From the NCBI GenBank assembly GCA_041742825.1, contig JBGTNX010000075.1, positions 9,960 to 73,959 of the forward strand: DNA of 64,000 nucleotides, given 5' to 3'. The stretch's first letter is position 1, and the number at the start of each line of letters is the position of its first letter. The DNA comes from Acidimicrobiia bacterium (GTDB taxonomy: Bacteria > Actinomycetota > Acidimicrobiia > Spongiisociales > ZC4RG35). A program made the position numbers and the translations under genes. Shown here piece by piece: positions 38,412-46,581 of this stretch. The notes beneath the pieces are model-generated. The model did no database searches and was not told the DNA's origin. It worked only from the letters and a program-made list of their open reading frames with translations.

Positions 38412-38678
38412 TCAACGATGAGCCGCCTCGTCGTCGAGGGCCTTCCGCAGTTTGATCAAGAAAACATCGGGGACTTCCTCGGACAGCCGCTCCCTGACCA
38501 CGACCTTAAGCCGGCGCTCGAAGTCGAAGCCGCCGTTACAAGGGCTGCAGCCATCGAGATGAGACCTGATCCCGTCAGCCGTCGCCTCGTCCATCTCTTC
38601 GTCGAGATACTCGTAGAGACGTTCCAGGGCTTCGTCACAATTGTGCGCGCCGGTGTCGACGCAGTCGTTGTCCGTCAT
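38412..38678 (-). CDS. rsrA: Zinc-binding (ZAS) anti-sigma factor, RsrA/RshA-like
   Basis: HLDGCSPC matches HxxxCxxC, with an upstream Cys (HNCDEAL). There is an ATGA overlap with the sigma factor stop. Confidence 0.8.
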   Translation of the reverse strand: MTDNDCVDTGAHNCDEALERLYEYLDEEMDEATADGIRSHLDGCSPCNGGFDFERRLKVVVRERLSEEVPDVFLIKLRKALDDEAAHR

Positions 38679-39253
38679 GGCCTCTCCGCATTCTCCGGGA
38701 GCAGTCCGCGTTTGCTTGCAAACTCCCACAACGCTTTTTGCATCGCTTTTCTTCCACGATGCAGTCGGGACATAACGGTACCGATCGGAATATCGAGGAT
38801 GTCGGCGATCTCCTGATAGGACAGACCTTCGAGATCGGCAAGCAAGACCGGGATGCGGAAGTTCTCGGGGAGGCTCTCCACGGCTCTCTTGATGTCTGCC
38901 TCGACGAGACCGTCGAGCACCCGGTCCTCGGTCGTCCGCGACGCCTCAGCCGACTCTTCGGACCCGATCCTCCGATACAGGTAGAGGTCTTCGACGTCTC
39001 CGAGATCGACCTCATCGGGGCGACGCGCCGCCTTCCGGTACTTGTTGATGTACGTGTTGGTCAGGATCCGATACAGCCACGCCTTGAGATTGGTCCCGGC
39101 AGTGAAGCTGTCATAGGCGCGGTATGCCTTCAGGAAAGTCTCCTGGACGAGGTCCTCGGCGTCCGACGGATTCCGGGTCATCCGCATCGCAGCGGCGTAC
39201 AACTGCTTGGAGTACTGCATTGCATCGTCGGCGAAAGCGGCCTGATCTGCCAT
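38675..39253 (-). CDS. sigH: ECF sigma factor (SigH/SigR group)
   Basis: Region 2 [16 protein letters not shown] and region 4 [24 protein letters not shown]. Paired with a ZAS anti-sigma factor. Confidence 0.85.
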   Translation of the reverse strand: MADQAAFADDAMQYSKQLYAAAMRMTRNPSDAEDLVQETFLKAYRAYDSFTAGTNLKAWLYRILTNTYINKYRKAARRPDEVDLGDVEDLYLYRRIGSEESAEASRTTEDRVLDGLVEADIKRAVESLPENFRIPVLLADLEGLSYQEIADILDIPIGTVMSRLHRGRKAMQKALWEFASKRGLLPENAERP

Positions 39254-39293
39254 TCCCAGAGACGCTACCGGTGTTCGGCCTCATAGGGAATTC

Positions 39294-39368
39294 TGGAGCC
39301 GGAGAGGGGAGTCGAACCCCTGGCCTATTCATTACGAGTGAATTGCTCTACCACTGAGCTACTCCGGC
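39294..39368 (-). tRNA. tRNA-Thr (anticodon CGT), CCA encoded
   Basis: Minus-strand read GCCGGAG-TA-GCTC-AGTGGTA-GAGC-A-ATTCA-CTCGTAA-TGAAT-AGGCC-AGGGG-TTCGACT-CCCCT-CTCCGGC-T-CCA. Confidence 0.92.
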
Positions 39369-39411
39369 GGCGACGGAATAGTAATTGCTGGAGCGTGCCT
39401 ATTTCCAGGCG

Positions 39412-41970
39412 TTATTCGGCGAGACGCTCTCTGCGGGCCGCAAGCAAGTCCGCGGCGCGATCGAGGGTGATGCTCTCGGGGCTGTCGCCCTGACGCAGCG
39501 ATGCGTTCACGTCTCCGTCTGTCACGTACGGACCGAAGCGCCCGGAACGGACAGTCACCGGCTTCTTCGACACGGGGTCCTCGCCGAGCTCCTTGAGCGG
39601 CCCGGCTGCTTTCTGTCCCCGGCGCTTCGGCGGCTCGGCCAGAAGCTTCAGGGCCTCGGGAAGGGTGAACGTGAACAGCTGCTCCTCTGATTCGAGGCTG
39701 CGCCGGTCGCTCCCCCGCTGGATGTAAGGCCCGTAACGCCCGTTCAGGGCGAGGATTTCGACCCCATCCTCATCCTCGCCGATGACCCTTGGAAGCGAGA
39801 GCAGTTGCAGAGCGTCATCGAGACCGAGGGCGTCGATCTCCATGCCTTTCAACAAAGAGGCACGTTTCGGCTTCTCCTTGCTCCCCTCCTCCTGTTCGCC
39901 AAGCTGAACATAGGGGCCGAACCTGCCGGTCTTACCCAAGACCACGAGCCCTGACACAGGATCGGTGCCGAAGATCTTGTCGCCGGCATTCTGGGTCTCC
40001 AGCAGTTCGACAGCCATCGCGACGTCGAGCTCGTCGGGCGCGACATCTTCCGGGATCGAGGCCCGTTCCTCCTCACGCTGGACGTAAGGGCCGTATCGAC
40101 CGATCCGGGCGACGATCTTCCGGCCCTGGTCGTCGGATCCAACCGGAATCGAGTTGATGACTCGGGGGTCGATCTCATCGAGACGCTTGGCAACCTTTTC
40201 TTTGAGGCCGTCGTCGCCGAAATAGAACCGGTGCAGCCACGGCACCGACTCTTCCTCACCGGAGGCGATCCGGTCGAGATCGTCTTCCATCCCTGCGGTG
40301 AATTCGTAGTCGATCAATTTCGGGAAATGCTCCTCGAGCAGGGTGACAACCGCGAACGCTGTGTATGTGGGGACCAGCGCCGAACCCTTCTTCCAGACGT
40401 AGCCACGGTCCTGGATCGTTGACATGATCGACGCATAGGTCGAAGGTCGCCCGACGCCGAGCTCTTCCATTTTCTGGACCAGTGAAGCCTCTGTGTAGCG
40501 GGCGGGGGGACGGGTCTCATGGCCGACAGGCTCGAGTCGCTCGACAGCGATGGGGTCGTCCGGGGCGAGCTCGGGGAGCCTGGTCTCCTTATCGTCGAGA
40601 TCGGCCGAGTCGTCACTCCCCTGCACGTACGCCTTGAGGAAACCCGGGAAGGTAATAGTCCGCCCGCCTGCGCTGAAGAGGGCCTCCCTGCCGTCGGCCG
40701 CAGTAGCCGCAATTCGCACCGACACCGTGAAGCCTTTGGCGTCGGCCATCTGGGAGGCCACCGTTCGCTTCCAGATGAGGTCGTAGAGACGGGCCTCGTC
40801 CTGACCCACCTTCGCGGAAACCTGCTCGGGTGTGGGAAAGGTCTCCCCCGAGGGCCGGATCGCCTCGTGGGCCTCCTGGGCTCCCTTCACCTTCGCCGAG
40901 TAGACCCTGGGCTTCGGGCTCAGATATTCGGCGCCATACAGTTTCTCGATCTGTGACCGGGCCGCGATCACCGCCGTCTCGGAGAGGGCGATCGAGTCGG
41001 TCCTCATATAGGTTATGTAGCCGTTCTCATAGAGGCGTTGGGCGACCGACATGGTCCGCGACGAGGAGAACCCGAGCTTACGGCCGGCGTCCTGTTGCAG
41101 TGTGGAGGTCCGGAACGGCGGATACGGGCTTCGCTTGTATGGCTTGGAGTCGACCGAACGGACCGTGAACTCCGAGTCGGTCAACCCGGTGGCAAGGGCC
41201 GTTGCCGAATCGGAGTCGAGAACGAGCACACCCGCCTTGGGTGTGCCTTCACGATCGAAGTCCTTGCCGGTGGCCACCCGGGTCCCGTCGATTTCGAGAA
41301 GCGACGCATCGAAGGGCAGGTCGAGATCTGTTGTCTTCGCCAGGGAGGCGTCGATGCTCCAATAACCGGCAGCCGTGAAGGCGATCCGCTCCCGTTCGCG
41401 TTCGACGATGATTCTGACGGCGACACTCTGCACCCGGCCCGCCGACAGGCCCTGTTGAACCTTCCGCCACAAGACGGGCGACACTTCATAGCCGTAGAGC
41501 CGGTCCAGGATGCGCCGGGCCTCCTGGGCCTGGACGAGCCGATCGTCGAGCTGGCGGGGATTGCGGAACGCCTCGTCGATGGCGCTCTGGGTGATCTCGT
41601 GGAACACCATGCGATGGATCGGGATTTTCGGCTTGAGGACTTCGATCAGATGCCAAGCAATCGATTCGCCTTCGCGGTCTTCGTCGGTGGCGAGGAAGAG
41701 CTCGTCGGCGTCTTTGAGCAGCGCTTTCAACTTCTTGATCCGGTCGCGCCGTTCTTTGGGCACCACGTAGAGCGGCTCGAAGTCGTTGTCGACGTTGACC
41801 CCGAGACGCGCCCACGCCTCTCCCTTTGCTTTCGCAGGGATTTCAGCAGCGGACCGAGGCAGGTCCCGGATGTGGCCCATAGAAGATTCCACGACGGAAT
41901 CGGCTCCGAGAAACGCGGAGATTGTCTTCGCCTTGGTCGGCGATTCAACGATTACGAGACTCTTTGTCAT
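39412..41970 (-). CDS. topA: DNA topoisomerase I
   Basis: Toprim LVIVESPTKAKTI, ATDEDREGE, and the catalytic Tyr region ITYMRTDS. The C-terminus has repeated GRFGPYV/GRYGPYV motifs. I preferred ATG 41970 over the upstream TTG at 41997. Confidence 0.96.
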   Translation of the reverse strand: MTKSLVIVESPTKAKTISAFLGADSVVESSMGHIRDLPRSAAEIPAKAKGEAWARLGVNVDNDFEPLYVVPKERRDRIKKLKALLKDADELFLATDEDREGESIAWHLIEVLKPKIPIHRMVFHEITQSAIDEAFRNPRQLDDRLVQAQEARRILDRLYGYEVSPVLWRKVQQGLSAGRVQSVAVRIIVERERERIAFTAAGYWSIDASLAKTTDLDLPFDASLLEIDGTRVATGKDFDREGTPKAGVLVLDSDSATALATGLTDSEFTVRSVDSKPYKRSPYPPFRTSTLQQDAGRKLGFSSSRTMSVAQRLYENGYITYMRTDSIALSETAVIAARSQIEKLYGAEYLSPKPRVYSAKVKGAQEAHEAIRPSGETFPTPEQVSAKVGQDEARLYDLIWKRTVASQMADAKGFTVSVRIAATAADGREALFSAGGRTITFPGFLKAYVQGSDDSADLDDKETRLPELAPDDPIAVERLEPVGHETRPPARYTEASLVQKMEELGVGRPSTYASIMSTIQDRGYVWKKGSALVPTYTAFAVVTLLEEHFPKLIDYEFTAGMEDDLDRIASGEEESVPWLHRFYFGDDGLKEKVAKRLDEIDPRVINSIPVGSDDQGRKIVARIGRYGPYVQREEERASIPEDVAPDELDVAMAVELLETQNAGDKIFGTDPVSGLVVLGKTGRFGPYVQLGEQEEGSKEKPKRASLLKGMEIDALGLDDALQLLSLPRVIGEDEDGVEILALNGRYGPYIQRGSDRRSLESEEQLFTFTLPEALKLLAEPPKRRGQKAAGPLKELGEDPVSKKPVTVRSGRFGPYVTDGDVNASLRQGDSPESITLDRAADLLAARRERLAE

Positions 41971-42109
41971 AACACTTTCGGTCTGAGTTGACCCCAACTA
42001 GTGGGGCTATGTCAACACGACCCACACCGAATCTGCGGCATTAGCGTGGTACTTCGATGCCACCGACTACTCGCAACCGCCCCATCTCCAACCCAGCGCG
42101 GTCCACTTG

Positions 42110-42700
42110 ATGGGTGCCTATATCGCCATCGAAGGCGGGGACGGCAGCGGCAAGAGCACCGTCGCCACAGCTGTCTCCGAACAGCTGAAGGCGCTCGGCC
42201 ATGGGACGGTGATGGTCAGGGAGCCGGGCTCCACCGCACTCGGCGAGGAGATCCGCAAGCTGCTTCTCGACGGCGAGCATATGACACCCTGGGCCGAGGC
42301 CTTCCTATTCGCCGCACAACGCGCCCAACTCGCGACCGAAGTCATCGCCCCCGCCCTGAGCGCCGGGAAATGGGTCATCAGCGACAGGACATACTTCTCT
42401 TCGGTCGCATATCAGGGGGCCGGGCGTGGACTGGGGACCGAGACCGTTCGAAGTATCAACGAGACGGGATTGGAGGGTGTCGAACCCGACCATGTGTTCG
42501 TCCTGGACATCGATGTCGATGTCGCCCTCGGGCGCCAGGGCCGGCCCGACCGGATTGGAAGCGAGGAGGCCTCGTTTCATCGCGCGGTGCGCGGCGCCTA
42601 CCAACAGCTCGCCGAGACCGAGCCCCGGCGGGTCAAGATCATCGACAACAGCATGGGCCTGGAGATCGTGGTTGCAGAGATCATGGGACAGCTGACATGA
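42110..42700 (+). CDS. tmk: Thymidylate kinase
   Basis: P-loop IAIEGGDGSGKST and DRY-like SDRTYFSS. Confidence 0.92.
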   Translation: MGAYIAIEGGDGSGKSTVATAVSEQLKALGHGTVMVREPGSTALGEEIRKLLLDGEHMTPWAEAFLFAAQRAQLATEVIAPALSAGKWVISDRTYFSSVAYQGAGRGLGTETVRSINETGLEGVEPDHVFVLDIDVDVALGRQGRPDRIGSEEASFHRAVRGAYQQLAETEPRRVKIIDNSMGLEIVVAEIMGQLT

Positions 42701-43734
42701 CGACAGTCTTCGCCGACTTGATCGGAAATGCTGACGTAGCCGACCTCCTGGAACGGGAGTTCGAGGTTCCCAACCAGGCCTATCTGTTTGTCGGGCCCGA
42801 ATCCGTGGGCAAGGACTCGTTTGCGGTCCGATTTGCCGCAGGATTGTTGTGTGATCGGTCCGGTCACCACGACGACCCCTGCCGGACCTGTCGCCTGACC
42901 CTGGCACGGACCCATCCCGACCTCATCGTGATCGAACCGGAGGGCGCCACATCGATCGGGGTCGAACAAGCGCGGTCGATGGTGACAAGGGCATCGATGG
43001 CCCCTGTTGAAGCAGACCGGACGGTGTTCTTGATTCCTGACGCCGGTGCGATGACGGAGCAGGCCGCTAACTCGCTCCTCAAGACCCTCGAGGAGCCTAT
43101 CGCCCCGGTCACGTTCCTTCTCGTCGCAGAAAGCGAGGACGATTTCCCCGCAACAATCGCCTCACGCTGTCGGACCATCCACATGGGTCGGGTGCCTTCC
43201 GATCAGCTCATTGCCGCTCTCACCGGCAAAGGGATCGAACCGGCGCAAGCCGAAAGTGTTGCAGTCGTCGCTGGGGGGCGTCCCGGGCTGGCGCTTTCAT
43301 TGATGTCACGGCCGGAGGTGGCGGAGTTCCGGGCGATGTGGCTGGCGATCCCCGAAAAGGTCACACCGCATCCCGGCGATGGCCAGCGTCTCGCCTCGGT
43401 TGTGATCGATGCGATCAAACCCCTCGTCGAGAAGTCCATCGACAAAGACCTGGCGAAAGACGCACAGCAGCGGGCACGACGGCGGATCGAACAGTCTCTT
43501 CTGATCGGCGGTCTCGAGATTCTGGCGTCGTGGTATTCCGACTCCGCCTCCCTGCAGTTGGGCGGGCCGGTCCGGAACCGCGACCTCGACCTGACCACCC
43601 TCACCGACGTCAGCCCGCGCCGTGCCGTCCTTGCCGCGGAGAAGGCTCTCGACGCGGTGGTCGACATCCAGGCCAACCTCCGCAGGGAACTGGTGCTCGC
43701 AAACCTATTTACGGGTCTCGGCTCAGAGGATTAG
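42697..43734 (+). CDS. holB: DNA polymerase III subunit delta'
   Basis: AYLFVGPESVGKDSFA and ANSLLKTLEEP. There is an ATGA overlap with tmk. The annotated 577-aa ORF merges this gene with an out-of-frame stretch over tmk. Confidence 0.85.
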   Translation: MTTVFADLIGNADVADLLEREFEVPNQAYLFVGPESVGKDSFAVRFAAGLLCDRSGHHDDPCRTCRLTLARTHPDLIVIEPEGATSIGVEQARSMVTRASMAPVEADRTVFLIPDAGAMTEQAANSLLKTLEEPIAPVTFLLVAESEDDFPATIASRCRTIHMGRVPSDQLIAALTGKGIEPAQAESVAVVAGGRPGLALSLMSRPEVAEFRAMWLAIPEKVTPHPGDGQRLASVVIDAIKPLVEKSIDKDLAKDAQQRARRRIEQSLLIGGLEILASWYSDSASLQLGGPVRNRDLDLTTLTDVSPRRAVLAAEKALDAVVDIQANLRRELVLANLFTGLGSED

Positions 43735-43737
43735 ACC

Positions 43738-44217
43738 TCAAGACGCCCGGCGCGCTCCCTCGAGTAAGGCTCGGCGGACGTCGCCCGGGTTTACCCCCGC
43801 ACTGCGGAGGACCCTGATGGCGCGGTCGTGCTCGGGGAGACGGGTGATCGCGAGAGTGATGTGCTCTGGCCCGATCCGGCGGCTCCCGACAGCCTTGGCC
43901 TCTTTGAGTGCCTGGACCAGCGCCCCCTTGCCAGCACCGGTGAAGGGCCGATGGAGCCGCCGGCCCCGGGAACGGGCATCCGGGCCCCCAGTGGCCTCTC
44001 CCGGATCAATTCCAACCGAAGCCAGCGCCTCGGTGTCGAGGCGTCCCAACTCCCGCCGCGCAGTTGCCGCGTCGACTCCCAACCTGTCGAGGACACCAAC
44101 GCGGCAGGCACCAATCAACAGGTGCTCGGTCCCGATGCGGGTATCTCCCCGGCTTTCGGCTTCCTCGACTGCCGTGGTCACCGTTTGCCGTGCCTCGGAC
44201 GTGAACTTTTCGAACAT
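43738..44217 (-). CDS. Clp N-terminal-domain (Clp_N repeat) protein
   Basis: MFEKFTSEARQTV..GTEHLLIG and a second repeat IGPEHITLAI. There is no AAA+ module. Confidence 0.8.
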   Translation of the reverse strand: MFEKFTSEARQTVTTAVEEAESRGDTRIGTEHLLIGACRVGVLDRLGVDAATARRELGRLDTEALASVGIDPGEATGGPDARSRGRRLHRPFTGAGKGALVQALKEAKAVGSRRIGPEHITLAITRLPEHDRAIRVLRSAGVNPGDVRRALLEGARRAS

Positions 44218-44221
44218 CGCT

Positions 44222-44422
44222 CTATCTCCCGTGTTTCTTGTGTACTGCCTGTCGCGACACTCCCAGGGCGTCGCCGATCTCCTGCCAGGTCCAACCCGCG
44301 GTCCGAGCCGAATCGACGTAGGTGCCTTCCAGCCGATCGGCGAGTCGCCGCAACGCCACCACAGCCTGCAAGCCCTGCGCTGGCTCGCGGTCCTCGACAG
44401 CAAGTCCGGTAGTCGAATCCAT
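44222..44422 (-). CDS. Small helix-turn-helix DNA-binding protein (sigma-70 region-4-like)
   Basis: WTWQEIGDALGVSRQAVHKKHGR. The ATG lies 6 nt after a -10 hexamer, so the transcript is likely leaderless. Confidence 0.7.
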   Translation of the reverse strand: MDSTTGLAVEDREPAQGLQAVVALRRLADRLEGTYVDSARTAGWTWQEIGDALGVSRQAVHKKHGR

Positions 44423-44428
44423 GCTGTC

Positions 44429-44470
44429 ATCGTAGGTTGACAAATCACCCGTGTCAACCCTGGTTGACAA
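44429..44470 (-). promoter_or_regulatory. Promoter with operator-like repeats for the HTH/Clp_N pair
   Basis: On the minus strand: TTGACA (44457-44452), a 17-nt spacer, then TACGAT (44434-44429). The 8-mer GGTTGACA occurs three times, forming the perfect palindrome TGTCAACC-CT-GGTTGACA (44452-44469) over the -35, plus a direct copy at 44435-44442. Confidence 0.6.
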
Positions 44471-44474
44471 CCGT

Positions 44475-44579
44475 CCTCCCCTCGGGCCGGGAGCTCGAGT
44501 GCCGTTGTTGGGAACGCCCCACCCTCGTCGCCGGCCCTATCGGTCCGGCGCCACTCCCTCCGCAAGCGGAGGGAGAGAC
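44475..44579 (-). repeat. Intergenic modular repeat, half copy B (first half of copy A, inverted)
   Basis: Hairpin CTCCCTCCGC-AA-GCGGAGGGAG (44554-44575). Reverse complement of box CACTCGAGCTCCC at 44489-44501. The intervening GAGGGTGGGGCG(A/T)TCCCA(C/A)CAACGG matches copy A. Confidence 0.75.
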
Positions 44580-44589
44580 GAGCACGTTC

Positions 44590-44630
44590 AACCCGTCAGG
44601 GGGATACAAGGGGGGTCGCCCCCCCTTGCA
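44590..44630. repeat. G/C-hairpin element, copy 1
   Basis: AACCCGTCAGGGGGATACAAGGGGGGTCGCCCCCCCTTGCA contains the stem CAAGGGGGG/CCCCCCTTG. Confidence 0.75.
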
Positions 44631-44700
44631 ATTTCACAGTCCGAATCACCAACCCGACCGAAGTCACCTCGTGTATCCCAGCCCAAACCAGACGCAACCC

Positions 44701-44740
44701 AACCTGTCGGGGGGATACAAGGGGGGTCGTCCCCCTTGCA
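44701..44740. repeat. G/C-hairpin element, copy 2 (begins 4 nt past the phoH2 stop)
   Basis: AACCTGTCGGGGGGATACAAGGGGGGTCGTCCCCCTTGCA is a near-identical direct repeat, 111 nt from copy 1. Confidence 0.75.
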
Positions 44741-44743
44741 GTC

Positions 44744-46078
44744 TCAGAGAATCGTCGCGGCCATTTCGGCGAGGGGGGATCGGACGGAGCGTTCGAGGGT
44801 GACGTGGCCGAAGAGGGGGGAGCCCTTGAACTTCTCGATGAGGGCGGCCATGCCCCCGAACGGGGAGATGTAGGGGTTGTCCACCTGGGAGAGGTCGCCG
44901 CAGAAAACAACTTTGGAGTCACGGGACATCCGGGTCAGGATCACCTTCAGTGTCGACAGCTCCAGGTTCTGCGCCTCGTCGATGATGACGTATTCGCCGG
45001 TGATGGAACGTCCCCGGAGATAGGTGACCGCGGCCATCTCCAACTCGTTGCGATCGATCAGCTCGTCGATAGCGTGCCGTGCCCCGTCGACGCCGGCGTC
45101 GGAGAAGAGGGCGAAGAGATTGTCGTGAACAGCGGCCATCCAGGGGGCGAGCTTCTCGTTCAGGTCACCGGGCAGATAGCCAACCTCCTGTCGGCCGACC
45201 GCGACCAGGGGGCGGTAGACAGATACTTTCCGATATCGCCCTTGTTCCAGAACTTGCTCCAGTGCGGCGGCCAAGGCCAGGAACGTCTTCCCTGTGCCGG
45301 CCATACCCATCATCGAGACCGCAGGGATGTCAGGGTCGAGCAGCTGGTGCAGCGCCACGGTCTGCCGAAGGTTTTTCGGCTCGACCCCAAACGCCTTGGC
45401 ATGGGTGGGGACCCGTTCCACAATCAGCGTCGGGTCGGATTGGATCACCCGGGCCAGGGCCGAACGTGAGGCTCCCTCCCGGAGGACCACGAATTGGTTG
45501 ATCATCGCCTCAACACCGGCGAGCTCGATCTTGCCCTCTTCGAAGAGCCTGTCGATGGTGAGCCCGTCGGTGCGGAACTCGACGATTCCGGAGTGCAGCT
45601 GCTCGACAGGGACGGTGTCGGCCCGGTAGTCCTGAACGGGAACACCGAGTTGCGCACCCTTGATCCTGAGGGCGGCATCCTTGGTGACCAGCACGGGGTT
45701 GTCGGCGTCGGGGAGGTTGAGGCAGGTGGCGAGGATGCGGTGGTCCGGGGTCGTCGGGTCGAGGACCCTGGGCAAGCGATCCGACGTCACGCCGTTCAAC
45801 TCGATACGGAGCGAGCCACCGCTCGGGAGGTCTACCGGTTCGCGAAGCCCGCCCTCGCGGCTTGCGCCGAGGTCTTCGAGAAGGCGGATCGCGGCCCGGG
45901 CGTTCGCTCCGACTTCGTCGAGCCGGGTCTTCATCCGGTCCAGTTCCTCGACCACCACGAGTGGGATTACCACATCGTGTTCATCAAATCGGAGGGCGGA
46001 GCGGGGGTCGGCGAGCAGGACGCAAGTGTCAAGGACGAAGGTATTTATCACCTGAGCGGGCTCCTTTGGTGACGCCAA
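44744..46078 (-). CDS. PIN-domain + PhoH-like ATPase (PhoH2)
   Basis: N-terminal PIN (FVLDTCVLLADP) and a C-terminal PhoH domain with Walker A GMAGTGKTFLA and IIDEAQN. Confidence 0.9.
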   Translation of the reverse strand: MASPKEPAQVINTFVLDTCVLLADPRSALRFDEHDVVIPLVVVEELDRMKTRLDEVGANARAAIRLLEDLGASREGGLREPVDLPSGGSLRIELNGVTSDRLPRVLDPTTPDHRILATCLNLPDADNPVLVTKDAALRIKGAQLGVPVQDYRADTVPVEQLHSGIVEFRTDGLTIDRLFEEGKIELAGVEAMINQFVVLREGASRSALARVIQSDPTLIVERVPTHAKAFGVEPKNLRQTVALHQLLDPDIPAVSMMGMAGTGKTFLALAAALEQVLEQGRYRKVSVYRPLVAVGRQEVGYLPGDLNEKLAPWMAAVHDNLFALFSDAGVDGARHAIDELIDRNELEMAAVTYLRGRSITGEYVIIDEAQNLELSTLKVILTRMSRDSKVVFCGDLSQVDNPYISPFGGMAALIEKFKGSPLFGHVTLERSVRSPLAEMAATIL

Positions 46079-46133
46079 GGCTCACAGCTTCACCGTTTCG
46101 GATTCAAATTACAAGCATCGTATTCGGGGACGC

Positions 46134-46559
46134 TCAGGTGACGATCTTGAAGACGGGATGGCTGTCGGCAACCACGGCGAAGTCCTCCGGTTTCGGGTCG
46201 CGGGGGACGTCGAAGTAGGGGCGGGTGATCCTTTGCTCGTTCCAGTACTGATGGAGGAGGATCCCGCGCCGTGTCACAGGTACCTCGGCCAGAGTCACTT
46301 TGCGATCGTTGCGCCCGTGGCGAAGCCAGACGGTCCTGTCGGCGCGAACGTTCTTGACCCAATCCACTTCGCCATACGGGGCGACGATGTAACCGACTCC
46401 TCTGATGTCGAGCGGGGATACCGGGACTGATCGGGGCTTGCCCGACGTGCGACCCGTTGTGGTCAGCACCACCTGTTTTCCCAGGCCCCGCCGGGCCACC
46501 CAGCTGGTGAATGCGTTGACCCTGCGGGTTCCTCTGGTGACAACGTAGATCCGCGCCAT
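46134..46559 (-). CDS. Deazaflavin (F420)-dependent nitroreductase-family protein (DUF385/Ddn-like)
   Basis: VVLTTTGRTSGKPRSVPV and YIVAPYGEVDWVKNVRA. I chose ATG 46559 to avoid overlap with polX. Confidence 0.75.
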   Translation of the reverse strand: MARIYVVTRGTRRVNAFTSWVARRGLGKQVVLTTTGRTSGKPRSVPVSPLDIRGVGYIVAPYGEVDWVKNVRADRTVWLRHGRNDRKVTLAEVPVTRRGILLHQYWNEQRITRPYFDVPRDPKPEDFAVVADSHPVFKIVT

Positions 46560-46581
46560 ATGACCCAACCTAGCGGTACGG

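Noticed and set aside
42001-42696. N-terminal 230 aa of the 577-aa ORF 42001..43734
   Set aside because: This stretch is an out-of-frame overlap of tmk, which has a clear P-loop in its own frame. Homology to the DNA polymerase III delta' subunit begins only at the ATG at 42697, which forms an ATGA junction with tmk.
44218-44565. N-terminal extension of the 275-aa ORF 43738..44565
   Set aside because: The extension runs through the HTH gene in another frame and into repeat copy B. Clp_N homology starts at MFEKFTSEARQ (44217).
44590-44740. CRISPR-like array
   Set aside because: There are only two repeat copies and they are internally palindromic. The spacing is 111 nt and no cas genes are present. 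I treat this as a hairpin repeat, not CRISPR.
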